NCBI RefSeq assembly: GCF_055900595.2
Contig: NZ_CM148325.1
Strand: one strand, 5' to 3'
DNA length: 64,000 nt
Positions 30,808-43,195 of the stretch are shown here, in pieces. The notes under the pieces are model-generated. The model made no database searches. It saw only the letters and a list, made by a program, of their open reading frames with translations, and was not told where the DNA came from. Every line of letters begins with the position of its first letter. Within the stretch, counting starts at the first letter, position 1. Made by a program: the position numbers and the translations under genes.

Positions 30808-33069
30808 TTACCCCCGACGCAAATTCTGCGCCGCCTGCACCATGTTCGCCAGTGCCGCGCGGGTTTCTGGCCAGCCGCGCGTTTTCAGACCACAGTCCGG
30901 GTTGACCCACAGACGCTCTGCCGGAATGCGTTTTGCCGCTTTCTTCAGCAGGGACTCAATCCATTCCACGCTCGGTACGTTTGGCGAGTGAATGTCATAG
31001 ACGCCAGGACCGATTTCATTCGGATAATCAAACTCTTCAAACGACTCCAGCAACTCCATGTCGGAACGCGAGGTTTCGATTGTGATGACGTCAGCATCCA
31101 GCGCCGCAATCGAATCCATGATGTCGTTGAACTCGCAGTAACACATGTGAGTGTGGATTTGCGTGTCATCTTTCGCTACGGCAGCGTTGATACGGAAAGC
31201 CTCCACGCCCCACTGAAGATAGGCATCCCAGTCGCTGCGACGCAGCGGTAAACCTTCGCGTAGCGCCGGTTCATCAATCTGGATGATGCCAATTCCAGCC
31301 GCTTCCAGATCGGCCACTTCATCACGCAGCGCCAGCGCAATTTGTTTGGCGATGGTTTCACGGCTGACATCTTCACGCGGGAACGACCAGCAGAGAATGG
31401 TCACCGGACCAGTCAGCATCCCTTTCACCGGTTTGTCGGTCAGCGATTGCGCATACTTCGCCCACTCCACAGTAATCGGTGCCGGGCGGCTAACGTCACC
31501 AATGACAATCGGTGGCTTCACGCAGCGGGAACCGTAGCTCTGTACCCAACCGTTTTGCGTAAAGACAAAGCCATCCAGGTGCTCGCCAAAGTATTCCACC
31601 ATGTCATTACGCTCGGCCTCACCATGCACCAGCACATCCAGACCCAGACGTTCCTGCTCAACAATGGCCTGCTTGATATGTTCTGCAATGCCCGTACGAT
31701 AGTTGTTGGCGTCGAGATTACCCTTTTTGAAATCCAGACGCAGGGTACGGATTTCTGTGGTTTGCGGGAAAGAGCCAATCGTGGTGGTCGGCCAGGCTGG
31801 CAGTTTAAAACGCGCACGCTGGGCTTCAGCACGCACTTCATAAACGTTCGCACGCTGACTGTCCTGGGCGGTGATCGCCGACAGACGCTTTTCTACTGCC
31901 GGATTATGTACACGAGTAGAGTGACGACGCGCCTGAATCGGAGCGCTCCACCCTGCCAGAGCTGCCGTATCACCACTGTTCAGCGCATCGCGCAGCAATG
32001 CCAGTTCATGACATTTTTGCAGGGCGAAGGCAAACCAGCTTTTCACTTCTGCATCAAGACGCGTTTCCACGCTCAGGTCGATAGGGCTGTGCAGCAATGA
32101 GCAGGAAGATGCCACCCACAAATCACGTTTGCCGACAATGTCCTTAATTTGCGCATATTTCTCGGTAAGATCGGCGCGCCAGACGTTACGACCATTGATA
32201 AGACCAGCAGATAGCAGCCAGTCAGAAGGCAGACGCTTGTGCAGTTCAGCAACGTCATCTTTACCATGTACGAGATCGACATGCAGACCCTGAACAGGCA
32301 GCGCAGTAATGGTGTCGAGATTTGGCGTTACGCCTTCAAAATAGGTAGTCAGCAGCAGTTTCACCTGGCCCTGGAGCGCGTCGTAAGCGGGTTTATAGGC
32401 GTCCAGCCACGCCTGCGGCAGTTCCAGCACCAGCGCGGGTTCGTCGATCTGTACCCACTCAATGCCGCGTTTTGCCAGTTCTGCCAACACTTGCTGATAA
32501 ACCGGCAGAATGTCGTTTAGCAGGCTCAGGCGATCAAACTGTTCACCTTTCACTTTACCCAGCCACAGGTAGGTAACCGGTCCCAGCAGCACGGGCTTGA
32601 CCTTGTGGCCCAGCGCCAGCGCCTCGTCCACTTCCTCCAGCAGTTGCGTCCAGGTCAGTTTGAACTGTTGGCCTTTAACGAACTCCGGCACCATGTAGTG
32701 ATAGTTGGTGTTAAACCATTTGGTCATTTCCGCTGCCGCCGCAGGTTCGCCAGTCGGCGCACGTCCACGACCAATACGGAACAGGGTGTCGATATCTACC
32801 GAACCATCTTTGTTCTGGTGACGCGCCGGAACGTTACCCAGCAGCAGGCTGGTGGTCAGGACATGATCGTACCAGGCAAAATCACCCACCGGCAGCAGGT
32901 CGATACCTGCTTGCTTTTGTTGATCCCAGTGACGAGCACGCAGTTCACGCCCTACCGCCAGCAGTTCTTCACGCGTGGAGTTCCCCGCCCAATAACTCTC
33001 TTGCGCTTTTTTCAGCTCGCGACGCAGGCCAACGCGAGGGAAACCGAGGGTGTGATTAAGAATTGTCAT
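30808..33069 (-). CDS. metE: cobalamin-independent methionine synthase
   Basis: 753 aa starting [30 protein letters not shown]…. Confidence 0.95.
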   Translation of the reverse strand: MTILNHTLGFPRVGLRRELKKAQESYWAGNSTREELLAVGRELRARHWDQQKQAGIDLLPVGDFAWYDHVLTTSLLLGNVPARHQNKDGSVDIDTLFRIGRGRAPTGEPAAAAEMTKWFNTNYHYMVPEFVKGQQFKLTWTQLLEEVDEALALGHKVKPVLLGPVTYLWLGKVKGEQFDRLSLLNDILPVYQQVLAELAKRGIEWVQIDEPALVLELPQAWLDAYKPAYDALQGQVKLLLTTYFEGVTPNLDTITALPVQGLHVDLVHGKDDVAELHKRLPSDWLLSAGLINGRNVWRADLTEKYAQIKDIVGKRDLWVASSCSLLHSPIDLSVETRLDAEVKSWFAFALQKCHELALLRDALNSGDTAALAGWSAPIQARRHSTRVHNPAVEKRLSAITAQDSQRANVYEVRAEAQRARFKLPAWPTTTIGSFPQTTEIRTLRLDFKKGNLDANNYRTGIAEHIKQAIVEQERLGLDVLVHGEAERNDMVEYFGEHLDGFVFTQNGWVQSYGSRCVKPPIVIGDVSRPAPITVEWAKYAQSLTDKPVKGMLTGPVTILCWSFPREDVSRETIAKQIALALRDEVADLEAAGIGIIQIDEPALREGLPLRRSDWDAYLQWGVEAFRINAAVAKDDTQIHTHMCYCEFNDIMDSIAALDADVITIETSRSDMELLESFEEFDYPNEIGPGVYDIHSPNVPSVEWIESLLKKAAKRIPAERLWVNPDCGLKTRGWPETRAALANMVQAAQNLRRG

Positions 33070-33186
33070 TATATGCCCCTTATGGAATTTTTAGTATTTA
33101 GCCGTCCAGATGTTTACACATCCATAATTGGCGGTTACTGTATATTCCTCAAGCGCAAATTATTCATGCCGAAGTGAAGGACTTTC

Positions 33187-34140
33187 ATGATCGAAGTAAA
33201 ACACCTGAAAACGCTACAAGCGTTGCGGAACTGCGGCTCACTCGCAGCCGCTGCGGCGACGTTGCATCAAACGCAATCCGCCCTGTCTCACCAGTTTAGC
33301 GATCTGGAACAACGCCTTGGCTTCCGGCTATTTGTGCGTAAAAGCCAGCCGCTTCGGTTTACACCGCAGGGAGAAATCCTGTTGCAACTGGCGAATCAGG
33401 TGCTGCCGCAAATCAGCCAGGCACTGCAAGCCTGCAATGAACCGCAGCAGACGCGCCTGCGCATTGCCATTGAGTGCCATAGCTGTATTCAGTGGCTGAC
33501 GCCCGCGTTAGAAAATTTCCATAAGAACTGGCCGCAGGTGGAGATGGATTTTAAATCGGGCGTGACGTTTGACCCGCAGCCCGCGTTGCAGCAGGGTGAG
33601 CTGGATCTGGTGATGACCTCCGATATTCTGCCGCGCAGTGGCCTGCATTATTCGCCGATGTTCGATTATGAAGTGCGTCTGGTGTTGGCACCTGACCATC
33701 CACTGGCGACAAAAACGCGAATCACGCCGGAAGATCTCGCCAGCGAGACGCTGTTAATTTATCCGGTGCAGCGTAGCCGACTGGATGTCTGGCGGCATTT
33801 TCTTCAGCCCGCAGGCGTTAGCCCGTCACTGAAAAGCGTCGATAACACCTTGTTGTTGATTCAGATGGTTGCCGCACGGATGGGCATCGCTGCTCTACCG
33901 CACTGGGTGGTGGAGAGTTTTGAACGCCAGGGTCTGGTGGTCACCAAAACCCTGGGCGAAGGCTTGTGGAGCCGACTGTACGCCGCCGTTCGCGATGGTG
34001 AGCAGCGTCAGCCGATTACGGAAGCGTTTATTCGTTCAGCGCGCAATCACGCCTGCGATCATCTGCCGTTTGTGAAGAGCGCGGAGCGACCCACTTACGA
34101 TGCACCCACAGTGAGGCCAGGATCACCAGCGCGCCTGTAA
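33187..34140 (+). CDS. metR: LysR-family regulator of metE/metH
   Basis: 317 aa starting [37 protein letters not shown]…; divergent from metE. Confidence 0.92.
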   Translation: MIEVKHLKTLQALRNCGSLAAAAATLHQTQSALSHQFSDLEQRLGFRLFVRKSQPLRFTPQGEILLQLANQVLPQISQALQACNEPQQTRLRIAIECHSCIQWLTPALENFHKNWPQVEMDFKSGVTFDPQPALQQGELDLVMTSDILPRSGLHYSPMFDYEVRLVLAPDHPLATKTRITPEDLASETLLIYPVQRSRLDVWRHFLQPAGVSPSLKSVDNTLLLIQMVAARMGIAALPHWVVESFERQGLVVTKTLGEGLWSRLYAAVRDGEQRQPITEAFIRSARNHACDHLPFVKSAERPTYDAPTVRPGSPARL

Positions 34141-34927
34141 TAAACGTTGGCCAGTGCGGCTGTTGGTGCCAGATAGCCAGGTTAACCAACAGCCCTGCCG
34201 GAACGTGCATATTATTCATAATGCCCAGCGTTCCGGCGTCCACCTGAGTCGCGCCGTAGTTCCACATAAAGTAGCCAATACCGGAAGCCACCACGCCAAG
34301 AAACACCAGAATGCCCCATTGCAGCGTGGTTTGCGGCATTTTCTGCGCATTTCCCAGCAAGAACCATGCAATCACCGCCACCAGGAACGCGCCAAGATAG
34401 AACCACGCAAAGGCGTTATGCTGCGGCATCGGGCGAGTTTCCATCAGGCGTTTGTAGCCCACCATGCCGATGGCAAAAGTGATATTGGAGAGTTGCACCA
34501 GCAACAGGCCGGTCCAGAAATGGTCAGTGACCTGATCATAGCGAATAATCCCGGCACCAATCACCGCCAACAAGGCGCTAAAAGCATAGCCCCAGCGCAG
34601 ACGGCGCTTACTCATGATGTCATAAATCAGCGTGATGTAGAGCGGCGTCAGTACGGTGAACAGCAACAGTTCGGAGACCGTCAGGTAGAGATAGGCGCGA
34701 AAACTCAGCATATACATCACGCCAAGCTGCATCGCGCCCACCAGCATATACAGACCGACCGTTTTCAGGCTATTGCCACGGGTACGCAGAAACGGCAGAA
34801 ACACGAGTGCCGCCAGGCCAACGCGCACCAGCACTGCAAAATAGCTATCGACGTGCCCCGCAAGGTACTCGCCATAAAAGCTAAAGGAGAAGGCCCACAG
34901 AATCGTGGTGATGATAAGTAGCGCCAC
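34028..34927 (-). CDS. yigM: DMT/EamA-family transporter (biotin uptake, BioP)
   Basis: Ten-TM EamA-type protein; start placed at GTG 34927 ([15 protein letters not shown]…) giving 299 aa; the ORF is open to 35002; 3' end overlaps metR convergently. Confidence 0.75.
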   Translation of the reverse strand: MALLIITTILWAFSFSFYGEYLAGHVDSYFAVLVRVGLAALVFLPFLRTRGNSLKTVGLYMLVGAMQLGVMYMLSFRAYLYLTVSELLLFTVLTPLYITLIYDIMSKRRLRWGYAFSALLAVIGAGIIRYDQVTDHFWTGLLLVQLSNITFAIGMVGYKRLMETRPMPQHNAFAWFYLGAFLVAVIAWFLLGNAQKMPQTTLQWGILVFLGVVASGIGYFMWNYGATQVDAGTLGIMNNMHVPAGLLVNLAIWHQQPHWPTFITGALVILASLWVHRKWVAPRSSQTADDRRRDCALNE

Positions 34928-35002
34928 AATGGAAAACTCTTTGATTAACGAGTATCCATTGTAGCGAAGTATCAGGTTGACAACTGACCAAATAAAGAAC
35001 AA

Positions 35003-35803
35003 TTACGATAAATAGAGTTTACGCAGATAATGCGGCACCGCGTCGTCGGCATTAGTACCAATCACTTCCAGCTCCGGATGCAGATCTTTCAGACGCTGGT
35101 GCGCACTGCCCATAATGCAGCCTTTACCTGCCATCGACAGCATTTCGGCGTCGTTCATCCCGTCACCAAAGGCAATACAATCTTTCAGACTGTAGCCCAG
35201 TTTCTTCGCTACCGCTTCCAGGGCATGGCCTTTTGAAACGCCACCCGCCATCACTTCCAGACAAGTTAGGGTAGAGAAGCTGACGTTGACGCGATCGCCC
35301 CAACGAGCGTTGATTGCCTGCTCCAGCGGCAGCAGTTGCTCATGGGAATCGCAGGTGAAGAACACTTTGCTGACGCCTTCCGGCTCCAGTAATCCTGGCT
35401 CATACAGCGCATATTTGAACACCGCTTCTTTAAAAAAGCGCATCTCTTCCGGGCGGTGGCGATTCATAAACCATTCGTCGTCGCGATAAACGTTAGTAAT
35501 GATGTCCGGGTTGTCGTTGACCACGCCAAACAGATCGCTGGCAATGTCGCGATCCAGGTTATGAGCAAAAATCAGATTGCCATCCAGATCGTGAACACGC
35601 GCGCCATTGGAGGTAATCATGTAAGACTTAATCTCCAGATTATCGCGAATTTGCCCTACATCAACGTGGTGGCGACCGGTCGCAAACACAAAGTTAATGC
35701 CGCGCGCGGTGAGCAGCTTCAGAGTTTCTTTGGCGTAAGGGGATAACGTATGGTCGGGAGAAAGTAACGTGCCATCTAAATCAGACGCAACAACCTGGTA
35801 CAT
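35003..35803 (-). CDS. yigL: HAD-superfamily sugar/pyridoxal phosphate phosphatase (Cof-type)
   Basis: 266 aa from MYQVVASDLDGTLLSPDHTLSPYAKETLKLL…; HAD motif DLDGTLL. Confidence 0.88.
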   Translation of the reverse strand: MYQVVASDLDGTLLSPDHTLSPYAKETLKLLTARGINFVFATGRHHVDVGQIRDNLEIKSYMITSNGARVHDLDGNLIFAHNLDRDIASDLFGVVNDNPDIITNVYRDDEWFMNRHRPEEMRFFKEAVFKYALYEPGLLEPEGVSKVFFTCDSHEQLLPLEQAINARWGDRVNVSFSTLTCLEVMAGGVSKGHALEAVAKKLGYSLKDCIAFGDGMNDAEMLSMAGKGCIMGSAHQRLKDLHPELEVIGTNADDAVPHYLRKLYLS

Positions 35804-35810
35804 AAGAAAT

Positions 35811-36833
35811 TTAAACCTCTGTAGAGCGGTTTCCGCTGGGTGAGTTATGCCTGTTGAAAAAATCAACAATGGCGTGGAGCGCGACTGAGCGCATTGCGTC
35901 CTTTTCAAAAAGGATCTCATGGTACGCACCTTTAATTACCAGCGGTCGTCCCCCTTCGACAGGATGGCCCGCAGCGGTGCGGAGTTCACAAAAACGGTCG
36001 TGCATGCGGTTATCCACCACGCGTTCCTCTTCAGCCTGCAAGAGAAGCGTTGGCGTGGCGTCATCACCCGCACCGGCTAACACCTGTTCGCCAGCCAGAA
36101 TACTTTCGCGTACCCAATGGTAGGTCGGCCCACCGACGCGAATCGTTGGGTCATCAGCATAGAAGCGTAAGTTACGTCGATATCGCTGTCTGCTGTGGGT
36201 CAGTACGTTGATAGCAAACGGCAACGCGCGCCAGCGCCCGGTGCCTATTGCATAGCCATCACGGAAACGGGGATGCGCTTCGGCCCAGTTAAGGATCTGC
36301 CGCGCCATAAATGACGGCATACGAATCACGATCCCAAACATTGGCGCAGTTAGCGCAATGGCGTCACATACACCTGGATGGCGTTGCAGAAATAACGTGG
36401 AGATCGCACCGCCCATCGAATGTGCCAGTATATAGCGCTTACGCCACGGACCGGGCTGGACCTCCTGTTGCCAGAATGCCGCCAGATCATCAACATAATC
36501 ATTAAAGCGATTAACATGCCCAAGATGCGGATCGGCTAACAGGCGACCGGAACGTCCCTGCCCGCGATGGTCGATGATTAAGACATCAAACCCCAAATGG
36601 AACAGGTCGTAGGCCAGTTCCGCATATTTTACGTAGCTCTCAATACGCCCCGGGCAGATGACTATCACCCGGTCATGGTGCTGTGCGCGAAAACGGACAA
36701 AGCGCACCGGAATGTCATCTACACCAGTAAACTCTGCTTCATCACGCTGACGCCAGAAATCAGTCAGCGGTCCCATGGTAAAAGCAGCAAACGCGTTTTC
36801 TCTTGTTTCCCAGTCTTTTTGCTGCTGAAACAT
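35811..36833 (-). CDS. pldB: lysophospholipase L2
   Basis: 340 aa; alpha/beta hydrolase with HSMGG nucleophile motif. Confidence 0.9.
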   Translation of the reverse strand: MFQQQKDWETRENAFAAFTMGPLTDFWRQRDEAEFTGVDDIPVRFVRFRAQHHDRVIVICPGRIESYVKYAELAYDLFHLGFDVLIIDHRGQGRSGRLLADPHLGHVNRFNDYVDDLAAFWQQEVQPGPWRKRYILAHSMGGAISTLFLQRHPGVCDAIALTAPMFGIVIRMPSFMARQILNWAEAHPRFRDGYAIGTGRWRALPFAINVLTHSRQRYRRNLRFYADDPTIRVGGPTYHWVRESILAGEQVLAGAGDDATPTLLLQAEEERVVDNRMHDRFCELRTAAGHPVEGGRPLVIKGAYHEILFEKDAMRSVALHAIVDFFNRHNSPSGNRSTEV

Positions 36834-36943
36834 CGGGTAATCTGCCTCTTAAACCACGTAAAATCGTTTTTTTAAGCGTGTCTGACACAACGCTGCGACA
36901 GTAGCGTATTGTGGCACAAAAATAGACACACCGGGAGTTCATC

Positions 36944-37564
36944 ATGACCTTAGAATGGTGGTTTGCCTACCTGCTAACATCAATCATTTTAAGCCTGTCG
37001 CCAGGCTCTGGTGCAATCAACACCATGACCACCTCGCTCAACCACGGTTATCGTGGTGCGATGGCGTCTATTGCTGGGCTTCAGACCGGACTGGCGATTC
37101 ATATTGTGCTGGTTGGTGTGGGGTTGGGTACGCTATTCTCCCGCTCAGTGATTGCGTTTGAAGTGTTGAAGTGGGCAGGAGCAGCTTATTTGATTTGGCT
37201 GGGTATCCAGCAGTGGCGTGCTGCTGGCGCAATTGATCTTAAATCGCTGGCCTCTACTCAATCGCGCCGACATTTGTTCCAACGCGCAGTGTTTGTGAAT
37301 CTCACCAATCCCAAAAGTATTGTGTTTCTGGCGGCGCTCTTTCCGCAATTCATCATGCTGCAGCAGCCGCAACTGATGCAGTATATCGTGCTCGGCGTCA
37401 CCACTATTGTGGTCGATATTATTGTGATGATCGGTTACGCCACCCTCGCCCAACGGATCGCATTATGGATAAAAGGGCCAAAACAGATGAAGGCATTGAA
37501 TAAGATTTTCGGCTCGTTGTTTATGCTGGTAGGAGCGTTGTTGGCATCGGCGAGGCATGCGTGA
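36944..37564 (+). CDS. rhtB: LysE/RhtB-family homoserine / homoserine-lactone exporter
   Basis: 206 aa starting [27 protein letters not shown]…. Confidence 0.9.
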   Translation: MTLEWWFAYLLTSIILSLSPGSGAINTMTTSLNHGYRGAMASIAGLQTGLAIHIVLVGVGLGTLFSRSVIAFEVLKWAGAAYLIWLGIQQWRAAGAIDLKSLASTQSRRHLFQRAVFVNLTNPKSIVFLAALFPQFIMLQQPQLMQYIVLGVTTIVVDIIVMIGYATLAQRIALWIKGPKQMKALNKIFGSLFMLVGALLASARHA

Positions 37565-37572
37565 AAAATAAT

Positions 37573-37602
37573 GTCGGATGCGGCGTAAACGCCTTATCCG
37601 AC
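37573..37602. repeat. REP palindromic unit
   Basis: GTCGGATGCGGCGTAAACGCCTTATCCGAC between convergent rhtB and rhtC. Confidence 0.7.
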
Positions 37603-37625
37603 TTACTCTGATGACGCGTCTGGCA

Positions 37626-38246
37626 TCAACGCGAAATAATCAAATGAATACCAAATCCGGCAAATAACGCCCCGGCAAAACCATCAATCCACTTCGCCAG
37701 ACGTTGATAACCACGGCGCATTTGCGGCAGGGCAAACAGGCTGGCAACGACGGTAAACCACGCCAGTGTTTCGATAATAATCAACGCGAAAATGCCCCAG
37801 CGCTCAGTGGTGCCGACGTTATCGCCGACAAACAGCGAGAATACCGAACCAAAGTAGATAATCGCTTTCGGATTGGCGAGATTGGTCAGTAAGCCTTTCA
37901 GGAAACTGCGCCCGCTTTTTGCCAGTTCTACCTGTGGCGCAGGCGCAGAAACGACCTCTTTTTTCAGTGCGCTACGCAGCATCTGATAACCCATCCAGCA
38001 GAGATACAGGCCACCGCCCACCATAATCAGCGTATGCAGCCAGGCCATTTTTTCGATAATCAAATGCAGGCCAAGCAACGCGATCCCTGCCCAGACCATT
38101 ACGCCGCAGGTAATGCCCAGCACGCCCATCATCGCTTCTTTGCGCGAACGGCTAACGGCAGTCTGGGAGACAAAAAAGAAATCGGGACCGGGGCTCATAA
38201 GCGCCACGATATGAACCATGGCGACGGTGAGGAATAACATCAACAT
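37626..38246 (-). CDS. rhtC: LysE/RhtB-family threonine exporter
   Basis: 206 aa starting MLMLFLTVAMVHIVALMSPGPDFFFV…. Confidence 0.9.
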   Translation of the reverse strand: MLMLFLTVAMVHIVALMSPGPDFFFVSQTAVSRSRKEAMMGVLGITCGVMVWAGIALLGLHLIIEKMAWLHTLIMVGGGLYLCWMGYQMLRSALKKEVVSAPAPQVELAKSGRSFLKGLLTNLANPKAIIYFGSVFSLFVGDNVGTTERWGIFALIIIETLAWFTVVASLFALPQMRRGYQRLAKWIDGFAGALFAGFGIHLIISR

Positions 38247-38309
38247 ACAATTGACTCGCGGGGAAATCGTTTACGGAGTCTTCATCCTGGCACTTTTTTA
38301 TGCCGCTGA

Positions 38310-40139
38310 CTACTCTTCGTCGTCGCCATCGACATGCGCACGGATAAGTGCCATAAACGGTTTGCCAAAGCGCTCCAGTTTGCGCATCCCAACGCCGTTA
38401 ACGCTGAGCATTTCGCTGGCGGTGATTGGCATCTGTTCCGCCATCTCAATCAGGGTCGCGTCGTTAAACACCACATACGGCGGGACATTACTTTCATCAG
38501 CAATGGATTTACGCAGTTTGCGTAATTTGGCGAACAGTTTGCGATCGTAATTGCCACCGAACGATTTCTGCATCGCTTTCGGTTTGAGCGCCACAATACG
38601 CGGCACGGCAAGTTGTAAAGAGGATTCGCCGCGCAACACCGGGCGCGCGGCCTCTGTCAGTTGTAGGGCAGAATGCTGCGCAATATTTTGCGTCACCAGG
38701 CCGAGGTGAATCAGCTGGCGGATCACGCTGACCCAATGTTCATGGCTTTTATCGCGACCCATGCCGTAGACTTTCAGTTTGTCATGACCATAGTCGCGGA
38801 TTCGCTGGTTATTGGCGCCGCGAATCACTTCCACTACATAGCCCATACCAAAACGCTGATTCACACGACCAATGGTGGAAAGCGCAATCTGCGCATCGGT
38901 TGAACCATCGTACTGTTTCGGCGGATCGAGGCAGATATCGCAGTTCCCGCACGGCTCCTGCCGCCCTTCGCCAAAATAGTTCAGCAGCACCAGACGACGG
39001 CAAGTTTGCGCTTCGGCAAACGCGCCCATCGCATTGAGTTTATGACGTTCGATATCCTGCAACTGCCCCTGCGGCTTCTCTTCCAGGCAACGGCGCAGCC
39101 ACGCCATATCCGCTGGATCGTAAAACAGCATCGCTTCCGCGGGCAGGCCATCACGCCCGGCGCGTCCGGTTTCCTGATAATAGGATTCGATATTGCGCGG
39201 AATATCAAAGTGGACCACGAAGCGGACGTTTGGTTTATTGATGCCCATGCCGAACGCCACCGTCGCCACCACAATTTGCAGGTCATCGCGCTGGAATTTT
39301 TCCTGCACGTCCGCACGGACATCGTTTTCAAGCCCGGCGTGATAAGCCGCTGCGCTGATACCCTTGCTTTGCAGACGCGCTGCGGTGTCTTCTACTTTCG
39401 CACGACTATTACAGTAAATAATCCCCGACTTACCGCGTTGTTCCTGCACGTAGCGCATCAGCTGATCGAGAGGTTTGAACTTCTCCATCAGCATGTAGCG
39501 AATATTCGGGCGATCAAAACTGCTGATTTGAATCAGCGGATCGTTCAGCCCCAGCAGGCGCACGATATCCTGCCGCGTGGTGTCGTCGGCGGTGGCGGTT
39601 AGCGCCATAAACGGCAGAGTAGGAAAACGCTGACGCAGCTGACCGAGCGCGGCGTATTCCGGGCGGAAATCGTGCCCCCATTGGGAGATACAGTGCGCTT
39701 CATCAACGGCTAATAACACTGGATTCCAGTGCGCCAGATGCTCAAGGAAGTTATCCAGCATCAGGCGTTCCGGCGCGATATACAGCAGGCGGATTTGCCC
39801 GGTGCGGCAGCCTGTCATTACTTCAAGCTGCTGCTCGCGGGTTTGCGTCGAGTTAAGGCACGCCGCCGCCACGCCGTTGGCCTGTAGCTGATCCACCTGA
39901 TCTTTCATCAACGAAATCAGTGGTGAAACAACCACGGTAAGACCGTTTAGCAGTAAGGCAGGAATTTGATAGCAAAGGGATTTTCCGCCACCAGTGGGCA
40001 TGACGACCAGGCAATCGCGACCGGAAAGTACGGTGTCGATAATCTCTTCCTGGCCGGGGCGAAACTGTTGGTAGCCAAAGGTTTCTTGTAAAACCTGTTT
40101 AGCCCCGGACTCCAGATTCAACACTTCCGCCTGCGCCAC
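38310..40139 (-). CDS. recQ: ATP-dependent DNA helicase RecQ
   Basis: 609 aa; helicase motifs ([15 protein letters not shown], zinc-binding CGNCDIC), RQC and HRDC regions. Confidence 0.95.
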   Translation of the reverse strand: MAQAEVLNLESGAKQVLQETFGYQQFRPGQEEIIDTVLSGRDCLVVMPTGGGKSLCYQIPALLLNGLTVVVSPLISLMKDQVDQLQANGVAAACLNSTQTREQQLEVMTGCRTGQIRLLYIAPERLMLDNFLEHLAHWNPVLLAVDEAHCISQWGHDFRPEYAALGQLRQRFPTLPFMALTATADDTTRQDIVRLLGLNDPLIQISSFDRPNIRYMLMEKFKPLDQLMRYVQEQRGKSGIIYCNSRAKVEDTAARLQSKGISAAAYHAGLENDVRADVQEKFQRDDLQIVVATVAFGMGINKPNVRFVVHFDIPRNIESYYQETGRAGRDGLPAEAMLFYDPADMAWLRRCLEEKPQGQLQDIERHKLNAMGAFAEAQTCRRLVLLNYFGEGRQEPCGNCDICLDPPKQYDGSTDAQIALSTIGRVNQRFGMGYVVEVIRGANNQRIRDYGHDKLKVYGMGRDKSHEHWVSVIRQLIHLGLVTQNIAQHSALQLTEAARPVLRGESSLQLAVPRIVALKPKAMQKSFGGNYDRKLFAKLRKLRKSIADESNVPPYVVFNDATLIEMAEQMPITASEMLSVNGVGMRKLERFGKPFMALIRAHVDGDDEE

Positions 40140-40270
40140 ATTAACCCCGATTGCCTGAAATAAAAACAGGCGCTATTTTCAGCGCCTGCGCGAGAAACTG
40201 CAATGCTTTTAGTCTCTGAGAGGGTAATCCTGGATGCTGGATTCCAGTTTTGCCTTTCAATCAACTCACA

Positions 40271-41140
40271 TTAGAACAAGTCGTTTAGCATAACCCCCAC
40301 ACCCACACGGGTCTGGTTAAAGTTATAGTCGATGAGCGATTCGCCATAACCGCTGTAAACCTGGGTATAAAGGCGCACATGCCTGGTGATCGGGTAACTT
40401 AAGCCTAACTCCGCACCACCGTAACCGGTGTTCCAGTTGTACTGTCCTTTCGCACTCAGCACCGCATCACCCAGGTGATAGCCGATTTTAAGCTGGTAGT
40501 AACCCATATATTTGGTGATATCTGGGTTATCGTCAGTATTCCCCACCACATACCACGGCTTCACCTCTACCAGCCAGTTACCGTTTTCTGCCATCAGACG
40601 GGTATAAAGGCGGTTCCAGCTGCGGGAAGTCGGGTCTGAACGCCCGTTAGAGTCGTGGTTATAACCCATCTCCACATCGCGCAGCGTCCAGCCAGCAAAG
40701 CGGTAATCTGTGGCAAAACCAAGGAACAATTGCGGTTCGTAGTTGGTTTCACGAAACGGTGAAGACTCTTCGCTATTGGACAGTTGCCACCAGGATTTTT
40801 GCGTGTAAGAAGCTCCCAACACCGAATTTGGCCCCAATATTCCGCGCCACAGCGGAAATGCCAGACTCAACTGGAATTTCACTTCATCCTTACGCGCATT
40901 TTCCGCCCAGTCATAACTGGCAATCGCTTCTTTATTCAGATCGCTGGTTTGGGTGTAGATGAGGTAGTTGGTGTCATAAGGATAGAGCGTGAAAGGATTG
41001 TCATGCTCCTGCAGCATATTCGCAATAATACTGCCACGCACCGCAGGCGCGTCATGCACCTCTTTTACCGTTGCCTCTTGCGCATACACTGCCATTGGCA
41101 ACATAAACACCGGCAACAACCAGCCCTGCAGAGTCCGCAT
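40271..41140 (-). CDS. pldA: outer-membrane phospholipase A
   Basis: 289 aa with signal peptide MRTLQGWLLPVFMLPMAVYA; beta-barrel OMPLA. Confidence 0.92.
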   Translation of the reverse strand: MRTLQGWLLPVFMLPMAVYAQEATVKEVHDAPAVRGSIIANMLQEHDNPFTLYPYDTNYLIYTQTSDLNKEAIASYDWAENARKDEVKFQLSLAFPLWRGILGPNSVLGASYTQKSWWQLSNSEESSPFRETNYEPQLFLGFATDYRFAGWTLRDVEMGYNHDSNGRSDPTSRSWNRLYTRLMAENGNWLVEVKPWYVVGNTDDNPDITKYMGYYQLKIGYHLGDAVLSAKGQYNWNTGYGGAELGLSYPITRHVRLYTQVYSGYGESLIDYNFNQTRVGVGVMLNDLF

Positions 41141-41304
41141 CGGTCGTGTTCTCCGTAACGAATTATTGATTAGATGAATATTTTTCTGCGGGCTATTTTA
41201 CATACTTAACTCCTTTGCCGTTAGTTATCCCTTCCTAAAGTAGAAACCAACAAAAAAGAAGCATAAAATCAACATTTCATTAACCAATAAAGTGTAAGGA
41301 TGAT

Positions 41305-41772
41305 ATGTCTGCCGTACTGACCGCTGAACAAGCCCTGAAATTAGTGGGTGAGATGTTTGTTTATCACATGCCATTTAACCGTGCGTTAGGGATGGAACTG
41401 GAGCGTTACGAAAAAGAGTTCGCACAGCTGGCCTTTAAAAATCAGCCAATGATGGTGGGTAACTGGGCGCAAAGCATTTTGCACGGCGGGGTCATTGCGT
41501 CGGCGCTGGATGTCGCCGCAGGTCTGGTGTGCGTGGGAAGTACCTTAACCCGCCACGAAACCATCAGTGAAGATGAACTGCGCCAGCGGCTATCGCGGAT
41601 GGGGACCATTGATCTTCGCGTCGATTATCTGCGCCCAGGCAGAGGCGAGCGTTTTACTGCTACCAGTAGCCTGTTGCGGGCAGGCAATAAAGTCGCCGTC
41701 GCCCGCGTTGAATTACACAATGAAGAACAGCTTTATATTGCCAGCGCTACAGCCACCTATATGGTAGGTTGA
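41305..41772 (+). CDS. yigI: hotdog-fold acyl-CoA thioesterase (PaaI-like)
   Basis: 155 aa; conserved position between pldA and rarD. Confidence 0.85.
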   Translation: MSAVLTAEQALKLVGEMFVYHMPFNRALGMELERYEKEFAQLAFKNQPMMVGNWAQSILHGGVIASALDVAAGLVCVGSTLTRHETISEDELRQRLSRMGTIDLRVDYLRPGRGERFTATSSLLRAGNKVAVARVELHNEEQLYIASATATYMVG

Positions 41773-41823
41773 TAACGTAAAAGCAGGTAAACTGCTTTTA
41801 CCAATAAAAAATGAGTTTTGCCA

Positions 41824-42714
41824 ATGGACACCAAACAAACGCGGCAGGGCGTATTACTCGCTCTTGCCGCTTATTTTATTTGGGGTATTGCGCCAGCGTA
41901 CTTCAAGCTGATTTACTACGTGCCCGCCGATGAGATCCTGACGCATCGCGTGATCTGGTCGTTTTTCTTTATGGTGGTGCTGATGAGCATCTGCCGCCAG
42001 TGGTCTTATTTAAAAACGCTGATTCAGACGCCACAGAAAATTTTTATGCTGGCCGTCTCTGCCGTACTGATTGGCGGCAACTGGCTACTGTTTATCTGGG
42101 CGGTGAACAATCACCATATGCTGGAAGCGAGCCTCGGTTATTTTATTAACCCACTGGTGAATATAGTGCTGGGAATGATTTTCCTCGGCGAGCGATTCCG
42201 CCGGATGCAATGGCTGGCGGTGATTCTGGCGATATGTGGTGTGTTGGTTCAGTTGTGGACTTTTGGTTCACTGCCGATTATCGCGCTGGGGCTGGCGTTT
42301 AGTTTTGCCTTCTACGGCCTGGTACGCAAGAAGATTGCTGTTGAAGCGCAAACCGGCATGTTAATCGAAACTATGTGGCTGCTGCCCGTGGCGGCGATTT
42401 ACCTGTTTGCTATTGCCGACAGCTCAACCAGCCATCTGGGGCAAAACCCGATGTCGCTGAATTTACTGCTGATCGCCGCCGGTATTGTCACTACCGTACC
42501 GCTGTTGTGTTTTACTGCGGCTGCGACACGCCTGCGTCTCTCAACGTTAGGCTTTTTTCAGTATATTGGCCCGACGCTGATGTTCCTGCTGGCTGTGACG
42601 TTTTATGGTGAAAAACCGGGTGCCGATAAGATGGTGACCTTCGCCTTTATTTGGGTGGCGCTGGCAATTTTTGTGATGGATGCGATTTATACGCAGCGTA
42701 GAACGTCCAAATAA
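41824..42714 (+). CDS. rarD: DMT-superfamily permease RarD
   Basis: 296 aa from MDTKQTRQGVLLALAAYFIWG…; the ORF-track start at 41818 is a TTG two codons upstream. Confidence 0.9.
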   Translation: MDTKQTRQGVLLALAAYFIWGIAPAYFKLIYYVPADEILTHRVIWSFFFMVVLMSICRQWSYLKTLIQTPQKIFMLAVSAVLIGGNWLLFIWAVNNHHMLEASLGYFINPLVNIVLGMIFLGERFRRMQWLAVILAICGVLVQLWTFGSLPIIALGLAFSFAFYGLVRKKIAVEAQTGMLIETMWLLPVAAIYLFAIADSSTSHLGQNPMSLNLLLIAAGIVTTVPLLCFTAAATRLRLSTLGFFQYIGPTLMFLLAVTFYGEKPGADKMVTFAFIWVALAIFVMDAIYTQRRTSK

Positions 42715-42801
42715 ATATATTCTGAAAAAATATGCCGACTCTTGCATGAGAGTGGGCATATTGTCATGCTGACAGGAGACTCACACAAGGATGTAAAATT
42801 T

Positions 42802-43182
42802 ATGTTGCGTATATTTATCCCAACATCTAACGGTAAGATTTCCAGACGTCGTTATATATTTTCATTTATTTTAATAAATTTCATTTTTGCCTTTCTTATT
42901 ATCTTTTTTAACGATGGGGACGCAGGTTTTCTTGTTATTGTCTCTACCATCGCACTCCATTATCTCGTCATCAACATGAATTGCCAACGACTCCGTGATA
43001 GTGGTTTCATATATATAAAAACTTATGTTTTTGGTACATTAGCAGTATATATCATCTCTATCATCACAATGATAGCCGAACATTTTGATTGTTCAGGCAA
43101 TGGTTCGATGATTTTTTTGATTTGTTATTTTTCTACTTTCAGTATGCTAATGCTTGCACCTACTGATTCATCAAAACAATAG
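42802..43182 (+). CDS. yigG: small inner-membrane protein of unknown function
   Basis: 126 aa from [20 protein letters not shown]…; RBS AAGGA upstream of ATG 42802; conspicuously AT-rich. Confidence 0.75.
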   Translation: MLRIFIPTSNGKISRRRYIFSFILINFIFAFLIIFFNDGDAGFLVIVSTIALHYLVINMNCQRLRDSGFIYIKTYVFGTLAVYIISIITMIAEHFDCSGNGSMIFLICYFSTFSMLMLAPTDSSKQ

Positions 43183-43195
43183 TTATGGAGTATTT

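Noticed and set aside
31342-32100. 252-aa plus-strand ORF
   Set aside because: Antisense to metE.
34154-34921. 255-aa plus-strand ORF
   Set aside because: Antisense to yigM; His/Gln/Arg-rich, not protein-like.
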